From Chrysomallon squamiferum (taxonomy: Eukaryota; Animalia; Mollusca): 64,000 nt of DNA. Within the stretch, counting starts at the first letter, position 1. Every line of letters begins with the position of its first letter. A model generated the notes under the pieces. The model was not told where the DNA came from and ran no database searches. It saw nothing but the letters and a program-made list of their open reading frames with translations. The DNA lies in assembly GCA_012295275.1 (NCBI GenBank), contig CM022677.1:4774001-4838000 (forward strand), given 5' to 3'. Shown one piece after another: positions 36,446-52,693 of this stretch. Position numbers and translations under genes: made by a program.

Positions 36446-37997
36446 GTTATATATGTATTTATATAGTTATATAAGTATCTCTCATTCCCTGAAAAATCAT
36501 ACACACAGGGCATACTTCTCTGTCACTACTTGTTCTCTCTTTGTAACACAAAAACACATATTACCACATCTACATATCAGTCTTTCTCAGTCTAGATATC
36601 TACTATAATCTATCTAACACATATATAAACATACTGTTATTCACACATTCAGTTATATACCAGTCCTCTAACATAAATACTAATACTCATGATTATGAAC
36701 CTATGTAGCTATGTATATATATGTGTGTATATATATATATATGTATGTAGTTTGTATATAGTATATACAGTGTGTGTGTGTGTTGTCCATCCACCCATCT
36801 ATATCTAACGTCTCTAACACACACACACACATACATTATATACATAAAAGTATTCACTCATGTATTTATTTATATTTAATCTATCATATATATATATATC
36901 AATCATCTCACTCTCTCAAAAATCAACAAAAAGCAGCATCTTTCATACACATTTTCTCTAACACATACACATACACACCAATTTATGTTATCTGTGTATA
37001 TCTATCTATATATGTACCTAATTATTGTCTACCTAACCTATCAATATGTCTCTCATGCAATTAATATGTCTATCTCTATATCAATCTATCTAACACTCTG
37101 TCTGTCACACACAGGTACGTATACACTCTCTCTATTTACATCCTTTTTAATTATTTAATTACACTCTTTCTATATATTTATCTATCTAAGAATATATCTA
37201 TTTATCTATTTATCCTATATACATAAGCAACAGACTCAGTCTTTCCTACAGTTGTGCAGATATATAATCATGTCTCCTTTCTAGTAATCTATCTAGCTTT
37301 CTTCTGTTTGTTATCATCTATCATTTATCCATCCTTTCTTACACATTATACAAGTGCCTATCACACACACACACACACACAGATGTAGTTACTCATCCTT
37401 TGATATACATATACATACTAAACATCTTCTTAACACGCAAATACATAATCATTCCTATACACGTGTATATGTATGTATGTATGTATGTATATATATATTT
37501 ATATATATATACATGTGTGTGTGTATATATATATATCAGTACTTCACACAAACCCACTCCTTAATACACATGTCTATCTATATAATCTATCAGTCTGTCT
37601 AAACTACCAAACTAGTAACATACCTACTATTACATTATCTCTCTAGCTTATACGTCTATTTATCCATAACCATCTATCAATCGTATGTCCAGCTCCCTGA
37701 ATATCTAACTATATACTACTTCAAACCTTGCTATCTTGCTGTATATATGTCTGTATAATACATCTGTATTTATCTCTGGATATCTACCTATAATCTATCT
37801 CTATTTATCTATATAACATATCTGTATTTATTTCTCTATATCTGTCTGTATAATCTTTCTGTATTTATCTTGTACAGCCACTTATAATCTATCAATTCAT
37901 CACAAACACAATCCAAACACAGATCCAATCCTCTGTTTTTCTGTGTGTCTGTGTGTGTATATGTCAGTGTGTATGTGTTTGTGTGTTTATCAAATAT

Positions 37998-38091
<94 letters not shown>

Positions 38092-40939
38092 CTCTCTATT
38101 TCTAACAAGTTCTTACTATTCTCTGCTCCAACTTATGCATACCTACACCTGCATATACATTTAGTCTTCCACATTATCACACATCTGCCATCTTCGATTT
38201 CGATCGGACGTTTCCAATTTCAACTATTTCACGTCCATTTTCTTAACTTTTTTATGATTTGTAAATTAGATTTGTGCTGATTACGGTAATATATTACCAA
38301 ACCATGATCTCTTGCACCTTTCCTAAGTACTTTTTCAACTTAATCAAACTTTTCAAACTGGATTATTTTTATGCAAATACATAATAAACTGAAATTATAA
38401 TTTGTTATAAGATTAACTTTTCCAGTTGGCAATGTTCCCCAACAGAAACGAAGATTCAGGTTTAGTTTGTACCAATAAATCGGTGAAATTCTGGAAGTAT
38501 TTTGACGGTCTGACTTTGCTTTTATTACTTTTTAAGTTTTATTATTAAATAGCCTTCAAATATTGTCCTAAATATGGTGTATTATATGCGCAAATATAGC
38601 AAAAATTTCATATACAAATAATTTGTAAATAAATTCATTGTTTTTAAAGAGACAAGTCGATGAGAAATAAATTAACTTGAATAAAAACATTAAATAAAAT
38701 AAGCATTTTACAATAATTCAATAAATAATAATAACACGTTAAATAAACCAAAACTAAAGGAAACTGGTTACTTAGAAGACAAAGAAAACGCAAGGAATGT
38801 TACTAAGCTGGTGCTGTCTGTTACAAAACATTAAACACAATTAGTTCTTTTCAACTAAAAGCAGCAAATCTAATTTAACGTCGCATCGCATATGCGGAGT
38901 AATCTATTTCAGAAGTTTGTGGTCTACGGGAAATAACTCTATATAACACGTTGCAAAATGTAAGAAAAAGACTGAGTATGAAGTAAAATATTAAAAAAAG
39001 AACAAAATAAAAAGAAATCACATAGAAATATTTTTTTTTTTCAATAAATGAAGCGACGAAAGATTATTAGTAACATCATAAGTCTGCTGAATATAGATCA
39101 TTCACTCAATTTACTGAATTTACTAAAATGATTTTTTTTAAACCTATATATTATTTTTTATTTCTATTTAATATAACTGTTTCTTTATAATAAATATACG
39201 CCTGAAATAATTTTATTTTCTTTCTTACTCTTTTCCTTTTCGCTTCTTTTAGTATTGTTTCTTAATTATTATTTTACTTATCATTTTAATTAGTATTATT
39301 GTAGTTATTGTTGTTATTTTTATCTTAATCTCGTTATTTCAGATATTATTACTGAAAAAAAAGAAACAATTATCAGTAGATAGCTAGATATACAGACACA
39401 ATCACACACATAGAAAAGAAAGAATCTGGTTACACGTGTTTGCCTTAGATATGTATGTAGTAAAATAATAGATAGATAGATACATTGAAGATAGCTAGGG
39501 ATGGATATAGAGATAGATAGACATTTTACATTTCATAGGCAAATGAACTTGTATGAAATTGTTTGCATATGCGTTATAATATAATCGTATTAACCTTGCT
39601 TTTAACATCTTTTCTTTTATTGGTCATTTTAATCTCTCTGTCGGTCTGTCTATCCATATATCTATCTATCAATATGTTTGTCTGTCTGTCTGTCTATCCA
39701 TCTATCTATCAATATGTCTGACTGTCTATGTCTCTGTCTGTCTGTCTATCTATCCACCTATCTATCTACCTCTCAGACTGTAGAGATGAGTGCAGGTGTA
39801 GCTGTAATTATAACCAGTAATTTTGTTATAAACAGAAAATATTGATAATAAAGCAGCGATGATATTTTATCTCACTGGGAGAGGTTCTGTGTATTCTGAA
39901 AATACTGAAGGATCTTTATTTATTTATTTATTTATATTCTTAACTAAGTTAATTAATTTGTGTTTTACTTTATTTTTAATAACGGGAATCTGTATTAAAG
40001 TTTCAAGTATTTATGAAAGATGCACTTGTAAATATCAATAATATGGTGAAGTTAGTTCATTTTAATATAGTATCTCACCTCTAAATTGCAACCCCACTAT
40101 CTTAACAAATAATAATAATAATAATAATGTGGAAGACATTCAATTTTTTTCATAGATATCTTTAAAAGTTGATTCATTATTCAACTTGTTAGGTACGTTA
40201 TACCAATTAATGAAAAATTAAGCTTATTATTTATTTATTTATTTATTTATTTATTATGCAAAATAAAATTATCTACTATTGTTACATAAAAAATAACACT
40301 TGTATTTTTCAATAAACTGTGTTTTCAATACATAATATTAGAGCTGCGCCTGTGTTTACAACATAAAACATGTAACATAAATAGTGATGGCGGTACTGAA
40401 GTTGCGTGTTATTATAAGTAAGTAAACATTTTCTTTCTTCTTGTAGATGTAGATTGTTCTTCCTACGGATGGGTCACCTTCATGGGTGTTCATGGGCAAA
40501 ACCGTCTTCCCGTGTGTAGTGGTCCAACAAGCATGGCATGACAGTTGACATGATGCGAAAAGCAGCTCAAACCACAAACTGATAAAAAACACCCGATGAA
40601 TATGAAGTTGATAATAATTATTAAAACACTATTTACGAAACATCATAAACATGAAGAATGTGAACATGGTGATCAGTAAATATAAACATTGAAATTTCGA
40701 TTAATTTATTACAATAATCGGACATTTCGGTTCTTGGTTTTGTTTCGGTTTCAATAGCAAGACATAGCTTTGCGGTAGACATACCTAAAATAACATGAAT
40801 TACTTTGAAAATAAAAAAATAATTATTGATAACAACTGTTAAAATATAAATTATAATAAGATTTAAATCACTAAAGAGTTCGTGCTTACAAATTAGAATT
40901 TATTCTGTGTACACTCGGTGTTATATAATGTTTATTTTT

Positions 40940-41030
40940 ATATCGATCGGAGTTGAAAATAAAAATTAATATTCGGCTAACTTCGTTTTTACGTTCGGGT
41001 CTATGACGTCATCACTGTTTTGTTTACATA
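40940..41030 (+). promoter_or_regulatory. Promoter-like cluster (TATCGAT, CRE TGACGTCA 41004-41011, FOX TGTTTAC 41021-41027)
   Basis: Motif matches in a CpG-containing patch upstream of the PMEVD-repeat ORF. Confidence 0.3.
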
Positions 41031-41528
41031 GATACAGTTGGCGATATTGAAGATTAGCGCATTCGAGTTAGTTCTGACTCTACTTTCCTACTTTTTACTT
41101 TGTATATTGAATTGCATCTGCAAGTGATGAAGGTTACATTGGTGTAGGTTTAATTTTTGTATTATTAAAATATTTACGTCTAAATTGGACGTATTGTTTT
41201 ATTCACTGAGAGGTTGTGCTGGATTATTTTTAGATTAGATAATCAAAGATAACTGAAAACTATGTGTATGCATTACTTTCTAACCTCTAATGCTATGATT
41301 CCTGTTTCTTATATTGTTAATATACCCTTGTCAAAATATGTTTATTTTTACATAAAAATAACAACAATTAATTACAGATAGTGTTTCGAATGTTTTTTAT
41401 TTGAAAAGAATAAAGGAGTGTAAAACATATCTCATTATCTGACAATTATTATTTTATTAATTCTTCACGTCTAAAAAATATTTAGTGAATGTTTCTATAA
41501 AATATTTGAACAGTTCTGTTATTTTCAG

Positions 41529-41946
41529 AATCCGTTTCGAAGAGCCCATGGACGTCGACCCCTTCGACGACAGAGACATTCAACCAATGGAGGTTGACCC
41601 ATTTTACGACAGAGACATTCAACCAATGGAGGTTGACCCATTTTACGACAGAGACATTCAACCATTGGAGGTTGACCCATTCGACGACAGAGACATTCAA
41701 CCAATGGACATTCAACCAATGGAGGTTGACCCATTTTACGACAGAGACATTCAACCAATGGAGGTTGACCCATTTTACGACAGAGACATTCAACCATTGG
41801 AGGTTGACCCATTCGACGACAGAGACATTCAACCAATGGAGGTTGACCCATTTTACGACAGAGACATTCAACCATTGGAGGTTGACCCATTCGACGACAG
41901 ATATGCCACACTCGCCCCGATGGTGCGCACCTTTAGGACACTTTGA
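41529..41946 (+). repeat. 39-bp tandem repeat (~9 copies) in an open frame encoding (DRDIQPMEVDPFY)n
   Basis: Unit gacagagacattcaaccaatggaggttgacccattttac, preceded by acceptor attttcag; the only indel (a 15-bp internal duplication) keeps the frame. Confidence 0.85.
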
Positions 41947-42705
41947 AATATTTTTCCCGACCCCCGGGCATAGTGCACGAATTTTTATTTTTAGAAAACA
42001 GATTTTTTTTTCAAGTTTCGTTAAAAATAGAAGGGGTACCTTCTTCAAAGTGGAATAACTTTTTCTCCGCACGCGACAAAAATGGGCCGCCCATACCCAA
42101 AAGTGGGGAAAGAGTTGACCGACACGGGTGAAAAGTGCCGCACGCCTCACCCAAGGGGAACAACTTGTTCCCGGAACGTGCACAAAAAACGCACATATTT
42201 ATAAAAAATGTTCGTTATTTTTTAACACACTATTTCAGAAAGTACAGTCCCTTTTGTAAATGTTGGAAAAGTTTTTGCCACACTCGCCCCGACGGCGCGC
42301 ACCTTTAGGACACATTGAAATATTTTTCCCGACCCCCGGGCATAGTGCCACACGAATTTCAGTTTTTGAAAATCGACTTTTTTCAAGTTTCGTTGAAAAT
42401 GGGAGGGGTACCTTTTTCAAAGTGGAATAACTTTTTCTCCGCACGAGACAAAAATGGTCCGCCCATACCGAAAAGTGGGGCAAGGGTTACCCGAAAAGGG
42501 TGAAAAGTGCTGCACGTCCCACCTAAGGGGAAAAACTCGTTTCCGACACGTGCACAAAAAACGCACATTTTTTTAAAATTCGCTCGTTTTCTTTTTCACA
42601 CGCATTTTCAAAAGGTGCAGCAGCTTTTGTAAATGTTGGAAACGTCTTCGGCACAGTCAACCCGACGGCGCGCACCTTTTGCACACGTTGAAATATTTTT
42701 ACCAA
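41905..42705 (+). repeat. ~372-bp tandem repeat (2.2 copies), satellite or transposon-derived
   Basis: gccacactcgccccga starts at 41905 and 42277, with a variant at 42650. Confidence 0.9.
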
Positions 42706-43215
42706 TCCTCTGACATATTTTAATCTTAAGAGGTCATTTCACTGAAATAATTAATAAATTATCAAAAAAAGAAGAAAAAATAAAAGAAAAAAATAAATTG
42801 AAATTAAAGTATAAGACATTATATATTGATACAATTTATTGTTACTATTGAATCACTGCACTAAAATATATTGATTGACATCTTGTTATAGGTTATATCA
42901 TTTTTTTGACTGATATACACAAATATTTCAATCTTCTTAAAAACACCTACATTTCACTTGCACAGTATAGACATTCACCAAAATTATTTTCAATTTATAT
43001 TTAAAAGAATTATTAGCACATAACTAATTAGTAAAAACATTATTTGCTAAAGCATTTAATTTACATTATATTAATGAGCTGCATGTTGAGGAATGTACAA
43101 ATTTATAAAGATGAAGACAGATTTAAAATAACATAAAAATACACTTTCTTATCAAGACTCTGTATTTGTGGTAATATCTAGTATGACAGATATGAAATAT
43201 GTAATATGTACTTAC

Positions 43216-43401
43216 TTACAAAACCTATGAATCATTTTATTCGGTATTTCTTCAGGTCCTACACAACAAATTTTTATAATTCATTAGTTTCTGCTGTGAA
43301 AGAACACAAAGCCTTGTACTGACATCCTCCGTCACAGAACAGAATTACAAAGTGTTTAACATCAGACTCAGCTAGTTCCTAGATAAAAAAAAACAAACAA
43401 A

Positions 43402-43432
<31 letters not shown>

Positions 43433-44436
43433 ATCAACAAATAAATAAAAATGAAATATAGATTTCTGATACAACATAAAAAAGCAAAGATAGCTACAGC
43501 TGATCGTGCTTTGCAATAAAAACAAACGCCAGGCAGTTAATGTTATTATTGATATCTACATTTATAGACACTCACACCTATCCTATAGATTTATTCCCAC
43601 TGAGGTATTTCTGTAATTTTCTAACAACAAATGTCTACGTTCTAGCAATCACATGAAATCAGAAAGATAATCCTCTTACAAAACTCTACAAAATGTTTGT
43701 CATAATCTGAATAAAATAAAAAGAATCAGTAATAACAAACAACAATAAAATAATGTGGATTAATAAGAGTGGGATGAAAACAAATTTAAATCACTTATAA
43801 GAAATACTTATGTCTTTTAAAAGAAGAAGAAAATACAAAACAGATGAAAGAATAAGTGTAAATGAGCTGTATGAGCTAGAAGTTTGTATGAACTGTTACC
43901 TCTAAAACTTTGTCTTTCAGGTCTGTATTGACGATGCCAGCGAGATGGCAGTGGCTGACTGTGTTGTGGATGATGTGACAATTAGATTTAGAACTTGCCT
44001 TCAGGCACAACTTCGGTCCTGTTCAGACAAAGAAACATGACAACACTGACAAACTAAAAGTTGTGATTAATTTTGGATTAACAGATGAATAAAGTGTTTT
44101 ATCGGTTTATATACTATCTACTATACTATCCTGACTGAAACTTTTAAATTTTATTTTACAAATGTTTTTGTTGTTGTTTTTTTTAAAATATTTTAAAATG
44201 GTTACTAATGGTTACAATAGATAAAAAAAATAGCTGTTAATATATTTTATTGTGAGCTGGATGTGATGTACCATTAATGACAACAACAAAAACAACCACA
44301 AATGAAAAAACAAAAAAATGATGATGATGATTATGGTAATAATAAATAATAGTAGAAATAAGAGTTATCTAACCTGAATATTCACCAGCTTTACTTCCTT
44401 CCATTCTCAGAGTTCTTCCTCCTAACCGGTACAAAC
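43216..44436 (-). pseudogene. CAMSAP: CAMSAP/Patronin CKK-domain exons (44374-44436; 43900-44018; 43216-43378)
   Basis: ...GEYS|GPKLCLKASSKSNCHIIHNTVSHCHLAGIVNTDLKDKVLE|ELAESDVKHFVILFCDGGCQYKALCSFTAETNEL(fs)IKICCVGPEEIPNKMIHRFCK resembles the CKK domain (GPKLYKEPSAKSNKHIIQNALAHCCLAGKVN...HFLILFRDSGCQFRSLY). Phases match; one frameshift. Confidence 0.8.
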
Positions 44437-44629
44437 CTGTATTAAATAATAATAATAAAAAATATATATAAAAAATAAAAAACATATATATCAACTATGA
44501 ATTCATAACTGTTATGGACTACAAATAAGTATGAACTTAGTAAAATAAAAAATAAGCGTTAACACATACTCCTAGGAGAGGTTTATGGTGTAATGGAGTT
44601 GCATTGCAGAATCATCGGATCACATGACT

Positions 44630-45103
44630 AATTGTATAATTTATATTGTTTATTATTAACCTGCTGTCACATAACACAAATTGTATAATTTATATTGTTT
44701 ATTATTAACCTGCTGTCACATAACACAAATTGTATAATTTATATTGTTTATTATTGACCTGCTGTCACATACCACAATTTGTATAATTTATATTGTTTAT
44801 TGTTGACCTGCTGTCACATACCACAAATTGTATAATGTATATTGTTTATTGTTAACCTTCTGTCACATAACACAAATTGTATAATTTATATTGTTTATTG
44901 TTGACCTGCTGTCACATAACACACATTGTATAATTTATATTGTTTATTGTTAACCTGCTGTCACATAACACACATTGTATAATTTATATTGTTTATTGTT
45001 AACCTGCTGTCACATAACACAAATTGTATAATTTATATTGTTTATTAACATGCTGTCACACAACACAAATTGTATAATTTATATTGTTTATTGTTAACCT
45101 GCT
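44630..45103. repeat. 49-bp minisatellite (~9.5 copies)
   Basis: Unit aattgtataatttatattgtttattgttaacctgctgtcacataacaca. Confidence 0.92.
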
Positions 45104-46062
45104 TAACACAAAAACAAAAGATAATAATCTTCAAATTAAGTAGATTAAAGGAAGGATTAAATTATACAAAACAATATTTTATAAAAATAAATTAAAAATT
45201 AAAAATTTATATTAAGAAAAAATAAATAAAACAAGAAACAGAAAAATCAAAATCAACAATGACAAAAAATATGTAGATGAAAACTGATACTTTTCAAGTT
45301 TAAATACAAACAATAATAATGATAATATTAAACAAACACAATACATATTCTAAGAAACAGCAAGTTTACCATTACAAGCAATATAGACACAGCACATGTT
45401 GGTTTTACTGACAAAAACAAAAAACAGAATGTTGCAAACAAATACATTAGATATTGTACATTATACATACTACATTATACATTATACATTATACTACAGA
45501 TATTAATTAATACTTTATCTAATCATTAAATTACTGTAAAAAGTAACCACTTACTAAGTTTAGTAACACATTTTACTTGAAAATTAATCAAATGCTCTAC
45601 ATATTGTTTTGACTGTAATAACATATCAGTAAAGCTTAAACACATAAATCTAGGAAAAACAGGTTTCAATATTTCTGGTCCATTTAATTTATAAATGGCT
45701 TAATTTAGTTTACACAATAATTATTTAACACAATAATGATTAGCAGGGATTGAAAAATAACAAAATTAATAAACAAGTGAGCAAACTAATTTAATCAAAA
45801 CATAACCTGCAAGTAACCATTTAAAATTATTATTATTATTTTTTAAACTTCTATGGTCACTATTTGGGAGATAGGTCACTAAGTGAGAATTAAGCTAAAA
45901 TCAAAACATATTACAGGTCTGGTATAATAACTAATGATGAAGATAATGATGATAAGGATAATGAAGAGGATTAAAATGGAGACAATTATATGATGATACA
46001 TGAATATTTTGTAGATGACAAATCAATTACTCTGTAAATAAATGATGTCACTGAAAAATATC

Positions 46063-46095
<33 letters not shown>

Positions 46096-46947
46096 TTTGT
46101 ATATATAAAATATTAGTTTTTGTTATAGTCCCAATTTTTTTAAGAACAGAACTGTTTAAACTAATTATTGCATGTTTGGTTAGTATTCAAATTAGAAAAT
46201 TTGTAACTTCAAAAAAAAAAAAAAAAGTTTAATATAGATGACAGGCTGATGAAAACAGATGTGGATGACTAAATGAAGAAATGATAAACATGCTTTAAAC
46301 TAATGGATGATAAAAATGGTTAATTTTACTTATAAAAGTTGAACTTAATGAATATATGTGATATATATAATGGACCTACTGTTTTTTGTGTATTCCAGTT
46401 TTAGTGGTACCAGCTTTTCATAATAATAAAGTATAACAATATTTTTAGAAACCTGTATATAAAGGATCACTTACCCAATATTTCATTTTGTTTTTTATTT
46501 TAATTTATCGATAACTTCACAAAATATGAGAAATGTAAATAAACCTCACAGACTGAGTAAATTGGTGTAACAGTGTATGCTGGCATACTCAGTCAGTTAG
46601 AGCTTTTTGTATGGATTAATGATGTCATGATAGAAAATACAGAGAGACTGGAGAACTGAGTAGAGTTCCTACAAGCAACCAGCTGTCAATCATCTTCTGA
46701 AACCAATAATCCATGTCTGATTATCACTGATCCATGTTCTCTAATCAGCAATCCATCTTTTAAACACTGATCTGTATATTCTACCTGTTTATCAGTATGG
46801 GCTAACCACTAATCCAACATTTCAGAATCCAGCTTCCTTGATATTGTCAATGCTTATTAGAAAATTAGTTTTGTGTTTACATAAATAAACATTTGAACTT
46901 GTCAAGTTTTCTATCCACAAACCATTACAATGTGTGGTTTGTCTAAG

Positions 46948-47020
<73 letters not shown>

Positions 47021-48059
47021 CTTCAGTGGATTTCTGTAAGTATCCATTCAAATCTGGAAAATTCCATGCAATGGGTTCAAAGTAACATGGTTTATTGTGA
47101 AGAACTTTACTTCAGTTGAAGAGGAAATAATGAATAAATATGTAAGTAAAAACTATTAACTGACATATACACATTATTACTAAACTAATTGTTTTTTGGG
47201 GGGATAAAAAACCCTGCATAATGCAGTCACAAAGAAGAGGTCTGTTTAGACAGTGTCTGTTTTACAGAGGTTGTACTAAGCTGGACAAATTTCAGCACTA
47301 CACATTTGGACTTGTAACAACTGGATTGCTAATACAAAGACTAATGTAGCAGATTTAGTTGTGTAATAAATATTCCGTGAAATTCTTCAAGCAGTTTTCT
47401 ACTATTTGATCTTACTGAGACCAGTTTCAGTATAAGGGACCATAAGTAACTGAGAGTTGCATGTGTTACCAGCAGTTGGGTTCTTTGACAGTGGTGGTGG
47501 CGAAGATGGTAATAACAATTACAATAACAATAAACATAATAATACAAATGTAATGAGAAATGAAGTAGTGATTGTTAAAACGATAGATCAAAGTAGTGAC
47601 TGTGGACGAATAAGGATTTAAATGTAAACGAAACTAAAGACTGACAACACAAAACAGAGATGTGACTTTACAAAGTTGTGACTAGATATAAAAAAATAAT
47701 AAATGTTAATAAAATAAATTAATTAATTAATAAAAGTTTCATCTCCATGACAACAAGAAAATATGTGTCTGTTATTCTATCATGCAGGAAATTTTATCTA
47801 ATTTTAAAATTACTTTTATAATGATGCAGAAAACACATAATAATAACAATAATAATAATTTAATGCAAACAAAATTAAGCCTAACAAGTCAAAATTTTAA
47901 TAATTTTGACATTTCTAAAAGTAAGAATAAACTTTCCTTCAACCTGTTATCAACCTACACCTAATTTCACAGTGATTGTTTTCAAACTGTGAGAAATGGT
48001 TTTTAGAACTGTCACTAAACGAGGAGGAAAGGTGGATGTGTTTTAAGTAAAAGACTTAC

Positions 48060-50362
<2,303 letters not shown>

Positions 50363-50635
50363 CTGACAGTAACAACAACAATGATAGTAACAACAACAAC
50401 AACAACAACAACAAAAAGTAATGATAATATTAATAACAAAAATAATGACAATAATAATAAGAATAACAGTAATAGTAGTAATAATAGTAGCAGGACTAGA
50501 AGCAGTAGTAGCAACAGAAACAACCCCCATGTAACTACTCCTAAGTTAATTAGAATCTTCTTCATTTTATCACTGTGAAACATTTCAGAAAATAATACAA
50601 CAATAATAATAATACTAATAAAATAATAATAACAG

Positions 50636-51150
50636 GTGGTAGATTTTGTAAGTGGCCAGGTGGGTGATGTGATAAAAGCTTGTGTACCGAAAGAATGGGA
50701 CACTTATGAAATAACACTAGAAGATATAATACAAGCCAGAATGACTGCGGAAATTGAGGAAATAGAATTGAAAGGTCTAAAAATAAAGGCAAACATTTTA
50801 AAATCTGAAACTGTAGTTGTTTCCTTTTTACACTTGCCTGCATACATAGAAGATGAAGAAATTGAAGAAAAATTGAAAGAAATGAAAACAGAAATTTTAA
50901 AACCAATTTATAGCAGAGTATGACAGAGTATGACAGTGATGAAAAAAAAAACCAGTGACAGTGAAAGTGATGATATGGAGTATACTACAGATAATGTGAA
51001 ATCAAAGGAGAAAAAAGAAAGTGATGATATGGAGTATACTACAGATAATGTGAAATCAAAGGAGAAAAAAGAAAGTGATGATATGGAGTATACTACAGAT
51101 AATGTGAAATCAAAGGAGAAAAAAGAAAGTGATGATATGGAGTATATACT
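50636..51150 (+). mobile_element. L1/Tx1-type LINE ORF1 fragment with a 54-bp internal repeat (x3)
   Basis: IKACVPK...YEITL...VVVSFLHLPAYIEDEEIEEKL resembles Tx1/L1 ORF1; truncated, with SDDMEYTTDNVKSKEKKE repeats. Confidence 0.65.
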
Positions 51151-51980
51151 ACAGAGATGGAAGATTGAGAGATCAAAGGAGAGAAAAAGTTTGAGAGATG
51201 GGAAGAAGAAAGTTTGAGAGAAGAAAAAGATTGAGAGATGGAAGTTTGAGAGATGGAAGTTTGAGAGAGATGAGATGGAAGATTGAGAGATGGAAGTTTG
51301 AGAGATGGAAGATTGAGAGAAGAAAGTTTGAGAGAAGAAAGTTTGAGAGATGGAAGATTGAGAGAGAAAGATTGAGAGATGGAAGTTTGAGAGAAGAAAG
51401 TTTGAGAGATGGAAGATTGAGAGATGGAAGTTTGAGAGATGGAAAGTTTGAGAGATGGAAGTTTGAGAGATGGAAGTTTGAGAGAAAGTTTGAGAGAAGG
51501 AAGTTTGAGAGATGGAAGTTTGAGAGATGGAAGTTTGAGAGATGGAAGTTTGAGAGAAGAAAGTTTGAGAGAGAAGAGAAAGTTTGAGAGAGATGGAAGT
51601 TTGAGAGAGAAGTTTGAGAGATGGAAGTTTGAGAGAAGTTTGAGAGATGGAAGTTTGAGAGATGGAAGTTTGAGAGAAGAGATTTGAGAGATTGAAAAAG
51701 TTTGAGAGAAGAAAGTTTGAGAGATGGAAGTTTGAGAGATGGAAGTTTGAGAGATGAAAGTTTGAGAGATGGAAGTTTGAGAGATGGAAGTTTGAGAGAT
51801 GGAAGTTTGAGAGATGGAAGTTTGAGAGATGGAAGTTTGAGAGATGGAAGATTGAGAGAAGAAAGTTTAAGAGATGGAAGTTTAAGAGATGGAAGTTTGA
51901 GAGATGGAAGTTTGAGAGATGGAAGTTTGAGAGATGGAAGTTTAAGAGATGGAAGATTGAGAGATGAAAGATTGAGAGAT
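51150..51980. repeat. 15-bp purine-rich minisatellite (gagatggaagtttga)n
   Basis: Direct inspection; the source of the RDGSL/LKLPS ORFs. Confidence 0.95.
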
Positions 51981-52254
51981 AGATGTTTCACATATTGAAG
52001 ATGAAAATTTAGATTACTGAAACTGAGAGTGACATTTGAGTTGAAAAGATAGAAACCTGATTTATGGAAGCTGAAATATATATAAAAAAACTGAGTAACT
52101 GAAAGTTTGAGTTAATGTAGTGAGATATGTCTGACTTATTGCAGTGAGATAATTTTGAGTTAAAGAAGTTTGAGATAATGAAGTTACTGAAGTATTCTCA
52201 TACACAGATTATGTTATTGTTTAATTAATTTTTAGTATTTTTACTTTTGTTTAC

Positions 52255-52693
52255 CTGGACATTTCCTCACACACAGAGACCCCAGTGTGAACTTGGCTTC
52301 TGGATTAGTCACCATCTTACCAAGGTCAAGGTCATATGTGTACTGCTGGGGACAGTAGGGCACACAGGCACCTTCATTCAGAAAATGACGACAAGACTGA
52401 AAAAAGCATTAAAAAATTAAAAAATGGTAATAGTAATAATAATAATAATAATAAATATTACTACTAATAAATTTGGGTTTCAAATGCACACACATGCAAT
52501 CACAAACAACAGACAGGGTTACATACAGTTTAGTGAGCTAATGTTTGGTCTGAGGTCAAAGTTCAACTCACCAGACAGTCGGTGTTCTTGGTTCAGTTAC
52601 ACCCCCCAGCACACTCGGGGTGACAGCACTGGTTCGGCAGTTTCCCATAGCAACGCCCATCACACGAGTCAGCACACTCCTCTCCATGACTTA
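52255..52693 (-). pseudogene. EGFR: EGFR-like furin-like exons (52572-52693; 52255-52396)
   Basis: [35 protein letters not shown]|SCRHFLNEGACVPYCPQQYTYDLDLGKMVTNPEAKFTLGSLCVRKCP|gtaaac; one in-frame TGA. Confidence 0.85.

Noticed and set aside
44630-45103. CRISPR-like appearance of regular repeats (also 1248-1495 and 41537-41902)
   Set aside because: Head-to-tail tandem units with no unique spacers, no cas genes, and a eukaryotic context.
51173-51998. 272-aa LKLPS and RDGSL repeat ORFs
   Set aside because: 15-bp minisatellite with frequent frame-breaking indels.
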